Below the pieces are notes generated by a model. That model saw only the letters and a program-made list of their open reading frames with translations. It was not told the origin of the DNA and ran no database searches. Positions 55,418 through 64,000 of a stretch of DNA of 64,000 bases are shown in pieces. The stretch lies in sequence record MN871444.1; one strand, 5' to 3'. A program made the translations under genes and the position numbers. Position 1 is the first letter of the stretch; each line of letters opens with the position of its first letter.

Positions 55418-56170
55418 ATGTATAACAACCACGCCAACTATGTCCCGACCATCACTTCTGCACACATTGCGCAGCGCGAGCAAATTGAAGCCATGGTGCT
55501 GGAATTCCACAATGTATTCCAACAGGATATCAATCAACCCATCACATCAGAACGACTGTTTTACCGGGCCCGGCTGATTAATGAAGAAGCCTGGGTGGAA
55601 GGCATTCCCGCCAATTGGAATGCCGATCTCGAAAAGATCCTGGATTCGATGGGCGATACGCTGTATGTGTTAGCTGGCACTCTGGTGACTTTCATCGATG
55701 CAGGCCGTACTGGACATATGACCGATATCGAAATTGACGACCTGGGTAGTTCGGAAATCCCTAACTTCATTGCCGACCCGCTGGATGCATTACACACTGC
55801 GCGTGAGGCAGTTAATGTGTTGCGCCACTGCGCCACCGTAGCGGGAGAAAGTCGCTCTGAGTGTTTTGATTCCTACGTGATAGATTCGATGTACGTTATC
55901 CAGTGGGCGCTAGAACAAATGGGCGTTGATCCAGTTGCGCTGGTCAGCGAAATCCATCGCAGTAACATGACCAAACTTTGGCCGGAAGACGCCGTGGTTG
56001 ACCATCCCGATGTGGTGTACACCAACGTAGGTAACGGCCTGGTTTTATGTAACCGCAAAAGCGATGGTAAAGTGATTAAACCACTTATCTACTCCAAAGC
56101 TGATCTGTCTCCATTCGTCGCTCAAGTGAAAGCCGGTCCGCACGGCAGCATCTACGGCGAACAAAAGTAA
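55418..56170 (+). CDS. MazG-like NTP pyrophosphohydrolase (PRA-PH/dUTPase-like)
   Basis: VLEFH, RARLINEE..E, DSMGDTLYV, EIHRSNMTK and DGKVIKP. Confidence 0.85.
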   Translation: MYNNHANYVPTITSAHIAQREQIEAMVLEFHNVFQQDINQPITSERLFYRARLINEEAWVEGIPANWNADLEKILDSMGDTLYVLAGTLVTFIDAGRTGHMTDIEIDDLGSSEIPNFIADPLDALHTAREAVNVLRHCATVAGESRSECFDSYVIDSMYVIQWALEQMGVDPVALVSEIHRSNMTKLWPEDAVVDHPDVVYTNVGNGLVLCNRKSDGKVIKPLIYSKADLSPFVAQVKAGPHGSIYGEQK

Positions 56171-56179
56171 TCGTAACCT

Positions 56180-56197
56180 GGTAGGGGAAACCCTACC
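56180..56197 (+). terminator. Hairpin GGTAGGG-GAAA-CCCTACC followed by TTTTATGCC
   Basis: Perfect 7-bp stem. Confidence 0.8.
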
Positions 56198-56233
56198 TTT
56201 TTATGCCTGTTGACCTAATAAAAGGAACGAATC

Positions 56234-56626
56234 ATGTCTGAACCCATTACTGTCACCAATACTGTCTATTGCAACCCTTCTTTAGTGGTAGGCGGTGAGG
56301 AACCCCTAACCGAAGCGGAGCAGGCCGATATTGACCGCTATACTAAAGCCATATTAAATGGCGGAATTATTAGGGATGAAGACGATACCTCATTTGCAAT
56401 TATTCCGTTTTCGACGATATATGACGTATATAAGTTGTCTCGGGAAAATACAATTAGTGTCAGACATATCTCTGGCGACACGTATTTCTACTTCGCTTCT
56501 ACCCGGGTACGGGATGCCGTTTATACCTACATGGTCGATATGCTGAAGCATTATTTATCGCGGCCTGCCTTTCTCCCGGTCTCTACCAGCACGAAAAAAT
56601 ACGAAATGGGAATTGAGTTGCTTTAA
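56234..56626 (+). CDS. Hypothetical protein
   Basis: AAGGA RBS. Confidence 0.6.
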   Translation: MSEPITVTNTVYCNPSLVVGGEEPLTEAEQADIDRYTKAILNGGIIRDEDDTSFAIIPFSTIYDVYKLSRENTISVRHISGDTYFYFASTRVRDAVYTYMVDMLKHYLSRPAFLPVSTSTKKYEMGIELL

Positions 56627-56756
56627 TGGAGGTGGCCGGTGGGCGATAACCTAACAAAACAACACTGGGGTAAAATCGACGCGACGTGGGGAAAATTACA
56701 GCGTCAAAGTTCCCGGAATCTTCGTCGTATGTTAAACAAACCAAAAAGGCATCCTG

Positions 56757-57077
56757 ATGGCAATCAAAACACAAGAGGAATTACTCAATGAATTTATGGA
56801 TCAAATCCTACATCAACGGTTCCTTGCCTTGCGTCAGGCAGAAACCAAAGAAGAAGCGATCGACCAAATCATCATCGGCATCCTCTCGACCATCGACGGC
56901 GTCAGCGGTCAGTGGCCTGACCCCATCACCCTGGTGGTTGAACCTACACCCGAAGCCGAAATCGAAGAAATCCAAGCGGAAGGTCGTAGTTGGATAGGAG
57001 CACCAACCCCAATCAACCTAGATTGTTATCTTCACGATCTTTACGGTGCCGAATTACGTAAACGTTTTAAATCTTAA
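56757..57077 (+). CDS. Hypothetical protein
   Basis: AAGG RBS. Confidence 0.6.
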   Translation: MAIKTQEELLNEFMDQILHQRFLALRQAETKEEAIDQIIIGILSTIDGVSGQWPDPITLVVEPTPEAEIEEIQAEGRSWIGAPTPINLDCYLHDLYGAELRKRFKS

Positions 57078-57092
57078 TAGGGAAGTCACCAT

Positions 57093-57494
57093 ATGTTTTT
57101 AAGCAAAGATACCATCAAAAACGTCCAGCATTTAGTCGAAGCAAATGCCTGCACCATTGAGTCCGTAACAGTGGAAGCCATTTATAGTCAGCGTGGCGAA
57201 ACTTACGTGAAGATGGCTATTGATGGCTCGGGTGCGGTTGCTGTATTTACGGTCAAGCCGGGTCAGAAATTGCATGACCACATACTGGACGCAGTAAGAT
57301 GGAAATCGTATTACTTACTCAATGAAGTTTATGGTGGTCTAGAGTGTGACGACTCTGCTGAGAAAATCCTGGAGTTATGGCCCGCTGCCGATGGAAATGT
57401 TCGCGAAATAAAAAGTCCGCTGAGTGCGCCTATCGAACAGATAGACGATGCGCGATTCAAACAACTCCAGAAAAAGTTTAATAAATATTACTGA
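57093..57494 (+). CDS. Hypothetical protein
   Basis: AGGGA RBS. Confidence 0.6.
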   Translation: MFLSKDTIKNVQHLVEANACTIESVTVEAIYSQRGETYVKMAIDGSGAVAVFTVKPGQKLHDHILDAVRWKSYYLLNEVYGGLECDDSAEKILELWPAADGNVREIKSPLSAPIEQIDDARFKQLQKKFNKYY

Positions 57495-57505
57495 TTGACG
57501 GCATA

Positions 57506-57527
57506 GGAGGAGGCGTAAGCCTCCTCC
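57506..57527. terminator. Bidirectional hairpin GGAGGAGGC-GTAA-GCCTCCTCC
   Basis: Convergent junction; flanked by GACGGCATA and TATGTTGTC. Confidence 0.85.
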
Positions 57528-57542
57528 AGTTATGTTGTCTTT

Positions 57543-58163
57543 TTATTTTTTGCGTTTAAACGCATAGGTGCCAATACCGTCGCGACCCAAATCAGTTTCA
57601 ATGGTATTATGCTCCACCAAATCAAAACCTTCACCCGCCATGAATCGAATCAACCCATCATGAGTGAAATACCAGATATGTTCATCTTTGCGGTAATGGA
57701 TGGATCTGGTGATGTGTTCTGCATCAGTAAAAATAGGGATGGATACGAATACCCAATCTGTTGCTTGGGCAAGCGCAACATCAGGTTCATCGATGTGCTC
57801 TAACGCATCCCAAAAGGTCAATGCGCCAATAGGGGATTGATAGAAATCGTGAAACTTATTCTGGTCAGCTAACCAGGCAATACCTGCTGGATTAACATCA
57901 AACCCAACGGCACCATCACAATTATCCACAAACTGACCTGCCCCGATACCGACATCGCACACTGGACCAGACCAATACTTCTTAACTAAATCCACCCGCG
58001 CTTTTGTCAGGGCATCACCCATTGGGGTAGCGGCCCGCTCACGATACCGGGCGAAGTATTCCGCGTCATAAGGGCGTGCATCCTTAGGCACGGGATAATG
58101 ACCAATACCCAGTTCAGGAAAGAAAGAAAGTTCGGCGTTGAGTAACTCAGAGACCTTGCGCAT
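57543..58163 (-). CDS. Class I SAM-dependent methyltransferase
   Basis: VCDVGIGAGQF motif I, GFDVNP and TFWDALEHI. Confidence 0.85.
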   Translation of the reverse strand: MRKVSELLNAELSFFPELGIGHYPVPKDARPYDAEYFARYRERAATPMGDALTKARVDLVKKYWSGPVCDVGIGAGQFVDNCDGAVGFDVNPAGIAWLADQNKFHDFYQSPIGALTFWDALEHIDEPDVALAQATDWVFVSIPIFTDAEHITRSIHYRKDEHIWYFTHDGLIRFMAGEGFDLVEHNTIETDLGRDGIGTYAFKRKK

Positions 58164-59034
58164 TTAACCACCCGTTAATTTTTCCAGTGACATTACTGAT
58201 GTATTTGTTGCACGCATGCTTCATTTCATAACACATACAGTACTTGTCGGGATAAACAAACAAGCAGTTGTGTAAATTCATAATTCTTGGGTCGGTGATT
58301 TTAGTGTGGTGATTACAACCGCCACAACCACCCCCTAAGAAAATAGTGGGTCGGCGATAAGCGAAGGCCGCTTGGGAAATTAAGCAAGGCCCAGTCACTA
58401 CGATATCAGCCCGCTCCACTAAGGCCATCAATTCAGTGATTGATAGCTCTCCTTTATGTATCTTCAAATGGGCAAAGGGTTCCACGTCAGGAATCCACTC
58501 TGCGCCTGGCTCTAAATCCGCCACACTAATGCAGAAATAGCCACGCGCTTGCAGCTCCCTGGAGACTTCATCCACATGTTTGTTTAACGGCCCTCTAGAG
58601 GCATTGTGCCATTCTTTACGTTCGGTAGTAGGGCGTATCAGCGCAAGCTTCTTGATGTTACCCGGAATGTATTTGTTAGGTAACTGAAAATGGGGTAGGT
58701 CCAACGCTACGGGTTCCACGCCGAATTGACGTCTACCCGCAGCAAACACACTACCGTTCTCCAGGTCTTTAATCCCGTAAAAGATTTTCTTCGTGATGAG
58801 TTTTACATCACGGGGAACCTCTTCATATTTGACGGTTGTTCTGCTTTCATTTTTCTTTTGTGTGCGCAGAGTGGTGTTCGCCCGAACGAAATGAACATTC
58901 GGGATATCCTGGTAGAATTCCGGGATGGGGGTTTGAATCCAGACTTCATTACCCGACATCACCAGCCGTTTAATAAACGGACGCTGGAGCAATTGATCGC
59001 CAATGCCGGCCATGCCGTTAATCAGATATCTCAT
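58147..59034 (-). CDS. GT-B glycosyltransferase (GT9/heptosyltransferase-like)
   Basis: GMAGIGDQLLQRPF N-motif; ELSITELMALVERADIVVT; RRPTIFLGG. Confidence 0.75.
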   Translation of the reverse strand: MRYLINGMAGIGDQLLQRPFIKRLVMSGNEVWIQTPIPEFYQDIPNVHFVRANTTLRTQKKNESRTTVKYEEVPRDVKLITKKIFYGIKDLENGSVFAAGRRQFGVEPVALDLPHFQLPNKYIPGNIKKLALIRPTTERKEWHNASRGPLNKHVDEVSRELQARGYFCISVADLEPGAEWIPDVEPFAHLKIHKGELSITELMALVERADIVVTGPCLISQAAFAYRRPTIFLGGGCGGCNHHTKITDPRIMNLHNCLFVYPDKYCMCYEMKHACNKYISNVTGKINGWLNAQGL

Positions 59035-59052
59035 ACTACATACCCTCTGTTG

Positions 59053-59625
59053 TTATACTCGAATACTCGAGGACCATAACTCATCCTCTAATGTATTGGT
59101 TTTAAATGTTTTCAATTCCGTATATCGGGAACAGTTAATGACTGACATGTCCCCTATGATGTCTGGGACTTGGTTGAAACACCCATGCCATTTCTCAATA
59201 TCACTATCCTTAGGATTCGAAAGGTCATCGACGTGAGGCCCATGCCAATGTAATCCATTTGCCAGAGAGCAATCATAGCCCAACAGTAATACTCTCTCGG
59301 CACCGAGATTGTGAGCCAAACAGATAGCGCGCATGCCTGAATTGAATGGTCCCTTTGCGGGTATCGGCATGTACTGAATATCTGGATAATCTTTTATTGT
59401 AGTTCTGATAGAGGTCCATTTCACCATGGTGTTTGGCACCTCATCGTGGTATTTGCGCCACCAGGTTAAATCACCGGCATAAATGTGGTCGCAGGTAGGC
59501 ACCTTACGCCAACTATTGTTAACCGCGATAATCGGGTAATTAGTTCTCATGATGAGATGACAATCTTCATCAGTCAGTGACGGCCCCGAGGCCACACAAA
59601 TGAACGTCTTTTTATCGAGTGGCAT
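59053..59625 (-). CDS. DUF115/Maf-like (sialyltransferase-fold) putative glycosyltransferase
   Basis: ICVASGPSL, IAVN, NSGMRAI.LA..LGA..VLLLGYD and HWHG.H. Confidence 0.75.
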   Translation of the reverse strand: MPLDKKTFICVASGPSLTDEDCHLIMRTNYPIIAVNNSWRKVPTCDHIYAGDLTWWRKYHDEVPNTMVKWTSIRTTIKDYPDIQYMPIPAKGPFNSGMRAICLAHNLGAERVLLLGYDCSLANGLHWHGPHVDDLSNPKDSDIEKWHGCFNQVPDIIGDMSVINCSRYTELKTFKTNTLEDELWSSSIRV

Positions 59626-59695
59626 GAGATAAGCCTTACAGTAGTGGACGTTAAAACCTATATCATTTTCCCATGAAACAAAACAAACATGGAAC

Positions 59696-59704
59696 TATAT
59701 TACT
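59696..59704 (+). promoter_or_regulatory. Early promoter motif TATATTACT
   Basis: Exact intergenic motif upstream of 59744. Confidence 0.7.
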
Positions 59705-59743
59705 GATCGGACTAATGTTGCGTATATTGGAGAGCATTTTATC

Positions 59744-60508
59744 ATGAGTAATAACAACGTCATTCCTTTTACGGGTAAAAAATTAATGTCCAACTGTCCG
59801 GTTATGGTCATGGACTGTGAGACAACTGATCAGATGACTCGAGTATCTTTCAGTATGACCGCGATGCAATCTTCTTTACGACTACGACCGGCATCCTTGC
59901 AGACCGACGACTGGCTATCCACGATGTTCGGCTCAACCCCGACAGTCATGTCAGGCGTTCTCGATGTTCGTGTACGTAACCGATTTATTGATGCGTTTAA
60001 ATGTGGCGGTTTGACGCTGTCTAGGTGGCTGAACGAGGTACGATATCTCAGCCAGTTGCCGCTGTGTGATATCGTAGCGACCTACGACCACTACGATGAA
60101 TTCAATGGTTGGATTGATGTAGACCGACCAGCAATTCGATTTAATCTCGGTAAAGGGGTTTCCATCACTCAAGAGTCGTTCTTATTGGGTGAAGGGTCAG
60201 ATTACCCGGAGACCGCCGTCGAGGACTATCGTAAGTCAAACGTAGGTTGCGTGGAGATTGATGAGATTTATGACCACTGCCCAGATGACACCCTCAGGAA
60301 ATTGACTGTCGAAGTTCAATTGGTGGAGCAATTGGCTGATTGTTTTTATCTGGATGCTTTAGCTTGGGGTGGTGGCTGGGAAGTAGAAATAGCAGAGAAA
60401 GAAACTACATTCTGTTTCTTAGAGGCGGTAACCGCAAAACACATCAAACGTTGGGCGTTATCCATCAATAACGAGTATTATACTGTTTTCTTAAATGGGG
60501 ATATTTGA
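59744..60508 (+). CDS. Hypothetical protein
   Basis: GGAG RBS. Confidence 0.65.
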   Translation: MSNNNVIPFTGKKLMSNCPVMVMDCETTDQMTRVSFSMTAMQSSLRLRPASLQTDDWLSTMFGSTPTVMSGVLDVRVRNRFIDAFKCGGLTLSRWLNEVRYLSQLPLCDIVATYDHYDEFNGWIDVDRPAIRFNLGKGVSITQESFLLGEGSDYPETAVEDYRKSNVGCVEIDEIYDHCPDDTLRKLTVEVQLVEQLADCFYLDALAWGGGWEVEIAEKETTFCFLEAVTAKHIKRWALSINNEYYTVFLNGDI

Positions 60509-61016
60509 TATGAAAGTATCAAACTGGAATGCATCAAACTGGTCAGCGTATATTCATAACGGCAGCGTTATCGTAGAATCGTCCATGGGTAGCGCCTCAG
60601 TATTTCCGGCAACCGATACCAAGTATACGTTGTCATTAGGGGATGGCGGATATTATCTAACCACTAAACCAAGTTACACCACCTGTTTTTTATCTGAGCC
60701 GGGGGGCAGTCATAACCCATTCCAAAACACATTCGAATTGCAGGCCGCATTAAATCAATATTTCATCAGTGATGACGTCGAGGTATTTACTACTCCCGTA
60801 GAGAAACCCAAGAAATACATGCGCCTCCCTAACAGCGGAACGTTGGTGTATCTGGTGGACATTTTGTCTGCGTGTAGGTTGACTCACGGTGACCATAATG
60901 GGACCAGTTTATTTATTCAGTATCCCATTGGTGGTATTCACATTTCCTGCGGCACTATCGAAAACGCAATTGCCGATGAGCGAGCATTGACCGAATACTT
61001 ACTTTCGCTGCGGTGA
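60495..61016 (+). CDS. Hypothetical protein
   Basis: ORF in array; start possibly 60510. Confidence 0.55.
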   Translation: MGIFDMKVSNWNASNWSAYIHNGSVIVESSMGSASVFPATDTKYTLSLGDGGYYLTTKPSYTTCFLSEPGGSHNPFQNTFELQAALNQYFISDDVEVFTTPVEKPKKYMRLPNSGTLVYLVDILSACRLTHGDHNGTSLFIQYPIGGIHISCGTIENAIADERALTEYLLSLR

Positions 61017-61024
61017 GGTCTGGC

Positions 61025-61468
61025 ATGCCAATTACCATTAACGACGGGTCGGTATTTGATGTACCCGCACAGACGGTTATTAATACCGTCAACTGTGTTG
61101 GTGTCATGGGCAAAGGACTGGCCAAGGAATGTGCTATTCGTTTTCCAGAGATGGAATCAATCTATAAAGATAAATGCCGGCGGCGTGTGTTATCCCCAGG
61201 TAAGTTATACCTGTATACTGCCGGTACGACGTGGATACTGAACTTCCCAACCAAAATACATTGGCGTAACCCTTCTCAAATAGAATGGATTGAATCTGGG
61301 TTAGCGACGTTACGTAGGGTTTACCCACAAATGGGACTAACCTCGCTGAATGTTCCGCAGTTGGGTTGTGCTAACGGTGGGTTGGCATGGCCTGAGGTAA
61401 AAGACCTAATCTATCTATATCTAGATTTGCCTGATTTGCAAGTGAACATTTGTCTAAACAACCTTTAG
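61025..61468 (+). CDS. Macro domain protein (DarG/Poa1p-like ADP-ribosylhydrolase)
   Basis: INTVNCVGVMGKGLA, ILNFPTKIHWRNPS and PQLGCANGGL.W. Confidence 0.9.
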   Translation: MPITINDGSVFDVPAQTVINTVNCVGVMGKGLAKECAIRFPEMESIYKDKCRRRVLSPGKLYLYTAGTTWILNFPTKIHWRNPSQIEWIESGLATLRRVYPQMGLTSLNVPQLGCANGGLAWPEVKDLIYLYLDLPDLQVNICLNNL

Positions 61469-61476
61469 GGGCTGCA

Positions 61477-62037
61477 ATGAAAGAATATTTAGTTTACCGT
61501 GGAGAACATGGTTCTAAGGCAGTGCTGATGACACATCTGGGTTCGCTAACTTTTGTCGATGACCGCACTGTAGCTGAGCGTTACGCCAGGGTACCTAACC
61601 AACGGCAATATTCCGGCCTCAAAGAGCCTAAACTCATCACCGCGAAGGTCACCATTAACCGACCTTTCATCAACACCCCTGATGATTCGTTTATCGAATT
61701 TAAAGCCATCCGGGCGCATTTAGGTCCAACCCACGCAATCAGAATCGCCCGTAAGTTTGCTGATAGTATCGTGGAGACGGATGCTTGGGTCGCATTAGCC
61801 AAGAAACACCGAGTCAATACCTTGGATGAATATTTGGCGCTACCCGATGCGTCCACCCAGAAACTCTGTATGCAAGCATATCGGTATTTTGACGACCCTG
61901 AAGAAATAGAGGTGTTGGTGAAACATCATTTTGATGGGGCTATCTATCGCGGGTCTGGCGAAAGCATGGACTGTGCTGAGTATCGTCCATTTAATCGAGA
62001 CAACATCATGGTGTTGGTAATATCTTCGGTGAGGTGA
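61477..62037 (+). CDS. Putative ADP-ribosyltransferase-fold protein (ART-PolyVal-like)
   Basis: VYRGEHG, GSLTF...AERYA, ITAKVTINRPF and FDGAIY...EYRPF. Confidence 0.55.
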   Translation: MKEYLVYRGEHGSKAVLMTHLGSLTFVDDRTVAERYARVPNQRQYSGLKEPKLITAKVTINRPFINTPDDSFIEFKAIRAHLGPTHAIRIARKFADSIVETDAWVALAKKHRVNTLDEYLALPDASTQKLCMQAYRYFDDPEEIEVLVKHHFDGAIYRGSGESMDCAEYRPFNRDNIMVLVISSVR

Positions 62038-62039
62038 CC

Positions 62040-62498
62040 ATGTACGGTGTTATAGATGGTATCTTTGAAGGGGATACACTCAAAGCGCGGCTTTATGACG
62101 AAGATCATGATCATGAGTTTTTCGATGTGTGCATCGTCACTAAAACGGACTTTTCTGAAAAAGACTGGAACGAGATTATGATTGCTCCTGAAGCCGGATT
62201 CATTTTTCTGATAGTTAACAATAAATGCATATTGAGGAGAAAAAACATGACTACTGAAACTAAAACCACCGAGACCAAATACATCACACTTCCATCGGGA
62301 AAGACCGTATGTCTGGATAAGATTCTGGTCGTTAGTGAAGTAAAGAAAATAGAAGGCCTCTGCACTGAGTCTTATATTTTCCACATTCACTATAGCGGAC
62401 AAACCTCACCGGTAGTGATGTCGTATGGCGATAATAAATACATCGCTAGTATGGACTGTGCCGCATTATCTCGTAAATTAACCGGAGAAAAAGAATAG
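62040..62498 (+). CDS. Hypothetical protein, YG-x-I family 1 of 3, two-domain
   Basis: GAGGTG RBS; MYGVIDGI. Confidence 0.6.
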   Translation: MYGVIDGIFEGDTLKARLYDEDHDHEFFDVCIVTKTDFSEKDWNEIMIAPEAGFIFLIVNNKCILRRKNMTTETKTTETKYITLPSGKTVCLDKILVVSEVKKIEGLCTESYIFHIHYSGQTSPVVMSYGDNKYIASMDCAALSRKLTGEKE

Positions 62499-62894
62499 AT
62501 GAAATACTACGGGATTGTTAACGCGATAAATGACGGCGTGGTCACGTCCACCATCTATGATGCTTATAGTAATAAACAGTATCGTTTTGAATGTCAGTTA
62601 TCTCGGTTTAAAGACCCAACTCAGGTAATTCCCGGTTATTTGTTTGTGCGGAGAAGAACCGCTGAGGTAGATTATTTTGAGTGGTATTGGTCCTGGAGGG
62701 CACGGGAGCTGTACGCCCCAATCAAAGCATGCGTCACAGTAAAACCGTTAGAAGACTACGTGATGACCAATGAAGTCATGGCGGAGATAGACGAATCCAT
62801 CAAATCAGGGTTTGTGGAAATTCCAGAGAACATAAATACAGTGGAAGAAATGGATGCTTGGCTGACGGGACTTAATCTTGGGGACAGTAAATGA
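62499..62894 (+). CDS. YG-x-I family 2 of 3
   Basis: MKYYGIVNAI. Confidence 0.6.
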   Translation: MKYYGIVNAINDGVVTSTIYDAYSNKQYRFECQLSRFKDPTQVIPGYLFVRRRTAEVDYFEWYWSWRARELYAPIKACVTVKPLEDYVMTNEVMAEIDESIKSGFVEIPENINTVEEMDAWLTGLNLGDSK

Positions 62895-63211
62895 GATATT
62901 ACGGAATCATTGAAAGCATTCAAGGTGATGAATTCACTGCGGGTGTTTACTCCATATCTGGAGATAAGATCGGCGCATTTACAAGCAAACTGGGGGTTTT
63001 TAAAGGGGGGTTAGTTCCCAGGGTTGGTGCTGCATTTTGCCGAATAAATGGACTCACTGAAGATTATTATGAAGTCAGCCTATATTGGTCATGGTGGAAC
63101 CAAAGAAAACTTGATACTACACCCAAAACCCCACTCCCCGATTGGTTACAAAAACACATGGTCGATATGGCGTTGGACGCGTATTTAAAAGATATCCCTA
63201 AAGGTCAATAA
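62891..63211 (+). CDS. YG-x-I family 3 of 3
   Basis: MRYYGIIESI. Confidence 0.6.
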   Translation: MRYYGIIESIQGDEFTAGVYSISGDKIGAFTSKLGVFKGGLVPRVGAAFCRINGLTEDYYEVSLYWSWWNQRKLDTTPKTPLPDWLQKHMVDMALDAYLKDIPKGQ

Positions 63212-63331
63212 TTACTACCCTAAGCTATAATGCGATAAAAAGAAAAGTCGGCCCATGAGCCAGACAGCCGTACGTCTTCAGGACGCTAAACACTCAATAA
63301 TAAATAGTCTAAACCCATGAGGATTACAAAC

Positions 63332-64000
63332 ATGTCATATGAAAGTTATTTTCTATCAGAAGCAAAACTGGCCGGCGTTGCCAAAGCAGACCAAGAGCTG
63401 GTCTTGAAGATGCTGAAACCCATTTCAGATGAGGGGCATTCTGGCGGCAGTATGAGCATCTTTATCCAATGGTTGGAAGACTGGGCTAATAACCCACAAC
63501 CCATCACAGATAAACGCAGTATGCTCTACCCTGTACAGGAATCGGTCAAAGGTTTGTCCTACGAGGATTTGAAACGTATTGCAGGATACGTTTATAAGAC
63601 TTGCGCCTTTGAACCACTTACTCCTCTGACTGGGGAAGATAATGAGTGGATAGATCACGGGGATGGGCATTATCAAAATTGCCGATTTTCTAAAGTATTT
63701 AAAGAAGGAAAAGATGGCACCCCATATTGCATTGACCGTGTGGTCTGGTGCTACCCTTATAGTGATTTTTATGGTTGGGGTGGATGTACCCGCGGCGGCG
63801 GTTTAAGCTCTAAACCCATCACCTTCCCTTATGATCCATCGGCTCCGGAAAACGCAACTGTATATCGATATTTTCTGGCGGATGATTGGGTCGAAGAACT
63901 CCCATCGGAAATCCCTCACGATGTTTGGATTAAGTGGCAGCGGAAACGACATTTGTGTGGTACCGATCCCAATACCGGGAAACTTCGCTTATCAGCTATA
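63332..64000 (+). CDS. Conserved phage protein, partial (runs off right edge)
   Basis: Manual translation open to the window end; EGHSGGS...FEPLTPLTGEDNEW...QNCRFSKVFK. Confidence 0.75.
   Translation, partial: MSYESYFLSEAKLAGVAKADQELVLKMLKPISDEGHSGGSMSIFIQWLEDWANNPQPITDKRSMLYPVQESVKGLSYEDLKRIAGYVYKTCAFEPLTPLTGEDNEWIDHGDGHYQNCRFSKVFKEGKDGTPYCIDRVVWCYPYSDFYGWGGCTRGGGLSSKPITFPYDPSAPENATVYRYFLADDWVEELPSEIPHDVWIKWQRKRHLCGTDPNTGKLRLSAI

Noticed and set aside
179-63676. Numerous short antisense or out-of-frame ORFs in the track (e.g. 179-370, 12702-13100, 26885-27331, 45704-46162, 47498-47923)
   Set aside because: They are shadows of better-supported genes, with no RBS or recognisable motifs.
1-64000. 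CRISPR array, tRNA or rRNA genes
   Set aside because: The recurrent hairpins are dispersed at gene ends, not regularly spaced with spacers; no cloverleaf or rRNA-like segment was recognised by eye (tRNAscan-SE not run).

Overview
This window is a segment of a lytic jumbo phage genome, most likely phiKZ-like (Chimalliviridae-type). That is inferred from six intergenic TATATTACT motifs matching the phiKZ early promoter, conserved GC-rich hairpins and a phiKZ-style head protein; no chimallin, PhuZ or RNAP gene lies in this window. Bases 1-9715 are a receptor-binding-protein (RBP) locus. Its most notable feature is an apparent ~0.8 kb invertible segment bounded by two inverted hix/gix-like 26-bp sites (960-985 and 1762-1787). 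The segment carries a serine DNA invertase plus the start and ~46-codon virion-anchor region of a tail fibre, so inversion would splice that anchor in frame onto a silent, headless tailspike cassette on the opposite strand (<1-980). Bases 9.8-64 kb are a dense array of short, mostly + strand accessory genes with many paralog families. Recognisable products include ThyA, a 3'-5' exonuclease, HD, MazG-like, RlaP-like nucleotidyltransferase, YgiB-like lipoprotein, Lar, NADAR, ASCH, a macrodomain next to an ART-fold protein, a head protein-NDT fusion and a minus-strand glycosyltransferase/methyltransferase cassette. No tRNA, rRNA or CRISPR array was recognised. Family calls come from motifs recognised by eye, not database searches.
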